Shown piece after piece: positions 62,411 through 64,000 of a stretch of 64,000 nt of DNA (position 1 is its first letter; each line of letters opens with the position of its first letter). Both the position numbers and the translations under genes were made by a program. Origin of the DNA: Camelus dromedarius (Eukaryota); NCBI RefSeq assembly GCF_036321535.1, contig NC_087436.1:101558001-101622000 (forward strand), written 5' to 3'. The notes beneath the pieces were generated by a model that ran no database searches, was not told the DNA's origin, and saw nothing but the letters and a program-made list of their open reading frames with translations.

Positions 62411-63525
62411 CAAGGCACTCCAAATCGGAGAACTGCGTGCTGTTGGTGAGAATGTCTTGAAGTATTGTTCTTGATCTATATGCAAAAGTATAGGGACATA
62501 CACTTGTCAAAAGAGAATACAGGGTTCAATCTAACCAATCCATCTTGTGCAGATTTACCCTTCATTCAGTACAAATTTAAAATGAATAAAGCATTTTGAT
62601 TAGAATTCAGCAATAAAATCTTAACTCAAAAACAAAAACAACAGAAGTATCTCGTTCACAAAATGCCTGTGAACGAGAAAGAAAAGTACCTGGAAGCAAT
62701 GCCTCCCTCTAGCTCTCTGTCAAGTTTGATTAACAGATTCTCTCATCTCGACTTGGAGCAACTCTCTTTGAATCATGAATTGTGAAAATGAATTGTGCAT
62801 AAAGGTGCTGGCACCCGAGGACCTTGAGTTTTCCAAATGATGTTTTCCAAGTTAACTAAATGCAACCATTGTGTAAGTAGAAGGTAGTTGTCAATATGAA
62901 CCCTTCAGCAGAGTAAAAGTAGTCATATTGAATTTTTTGCATTATTCATTCTATGTTATGTGATAACACATAATCTATCAATTATTTATTACCTATCACA
63001 ATTAAATTTGTCAGATATTTTGGTAAAACCACTACCATAAGCAGCAATGACTTAACATGCTCTCATAAGGATCAAGCAACCAATGTAGTTTAATACATGA
63101 TCCATTAGAACATTTCTTTTCAAAGCCTGGAGTTCTTTGACAGGTGAAAAAAAAAATTATGTATACTGTATACATTACATAACAAGGATCTTACAAAATT
63201 CTATCAATAAATATCCACAAAAGTATTGCATGACACTCTAAAACTCAATTTCACTATTCTGTTGAAAAAATTCCATTGGTTACATATCTCATTTAAGTGT
63301 TGGGGAGAATACTCAGTGACTTCTAAGAAATGATGGACAATCTGAATTAAATGGCCAATTAACTTAAAATCAAAACTATAATAAATTACATATTTGATAA
63401 AAGTAATCTGTATGTGTGCTTGTCACATTAATATAATGTAGAATAAGGTGGCTATAATTGTGGATGACTAGATCTACTGAGCTGGTAGAATGGTCCTGCT
63501 GGCTAGTAAATCAGATTACTAAAGT

Positions 63526-63613
63526 CAGGAAGGAATTAGAAGAAAGCAGGAAAGAGAGGGAGGGAGGAAAGGAGAGAGGGAGCAAAAGAGAAAAAGGAGG
63601 GAAGGAAGGAAGG
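63526..63613. repeat. GA-rich polypurine tract
   Basis: Directly visible. Confidence 0.85.
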
Positions 63614-64000
63614 GTTTGTAGACAAACTGTTGTGTGTCAGGCCCTAAAATAAATTCTTTCCTTAATTCTCCAACGCTGGTTCTATTATCCCCAGAATTTA
63701 GTTTAGCTTTTTTTTTTTTTTTCAAGGTGAAAGCATCAAGGTTTAGAAAGATCAAATAAATATTCCGTGAACACATAAATAATGAAGGAAGAACCAAGAT
63801 TTTAAGCCATTGACTTTTGATTACATCTGGACAACACTCTTTGCTTAAACATAGACTGACTAAACAAATATTTACTGCTATTTATTTTTATCATTTACCT
63901 ACTTTCCTGTAACTGTAATAATCACCAGCAAACACTCAGGATGTAATGTCTCTTTACTCTGCCATTGTAACAGGAAAAATAGAAAAAAGAATGTCTGTAC

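Noticed and set aside
63440..63448. TAGAATAAG as the distal TSD of the 60.4-kb L1
   Set aside because: Only 9 bp, about 1 kb from the tail and not preceded by poly-A.
1..64000. CRISPR array, operon or other prokaryotic system; remaining short ORFs
   Set aside because: The sequence is mammalian. There are no regularly spaced repeat-spacer units, and the other ORFs are repeat-derived or chance frames.

Overview
AT-rich, CpG-depleted mammalian nuclear DNA, most likely from a camelid (alpaca, llama or camel). The basis is a tRNA-derived SINE of the camelid Vic-1 type at ~53.9 kb, with no Alu, Bov-A/BovB, PRE-1 or SINEC seen. I recognise no protein-coding gene, RNA gene, CpG island or CRISPR-like array. 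The only convincingly protein-derived ORFs are a dead 5'-truncated L1 ORF2 (60.4-62.1 kb), other L1 3' ends and a short hAT transposase remnant (15.5 kb). The rest is a layered record of transposable elements: ancient L2, MIR, MER20, MER58 and Charlie; many MaLR/ERVL solo LTRs (MLT1, MLT2, LTR16, LTR33); two well-preserved solo LTRs with intact target-site duplications; and several L1s of different ages. The best non-repeat signals are a perfect IR1 (FXR/RXR-type) element inside a nuclear-receptor motif cluster at ~45.7 kb, a promoter-like motif cluster at ~13.1-13.7 kb, several splice-bounded candidate exons that could belong to a lncRNA, and a possible L1 3' transduction. I did not find a convincing new biological system. 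Repeat family names come from recalled consensus sequences and old-repeat boundaries are approximate; RepeatMasker/Dfam should confirm them.
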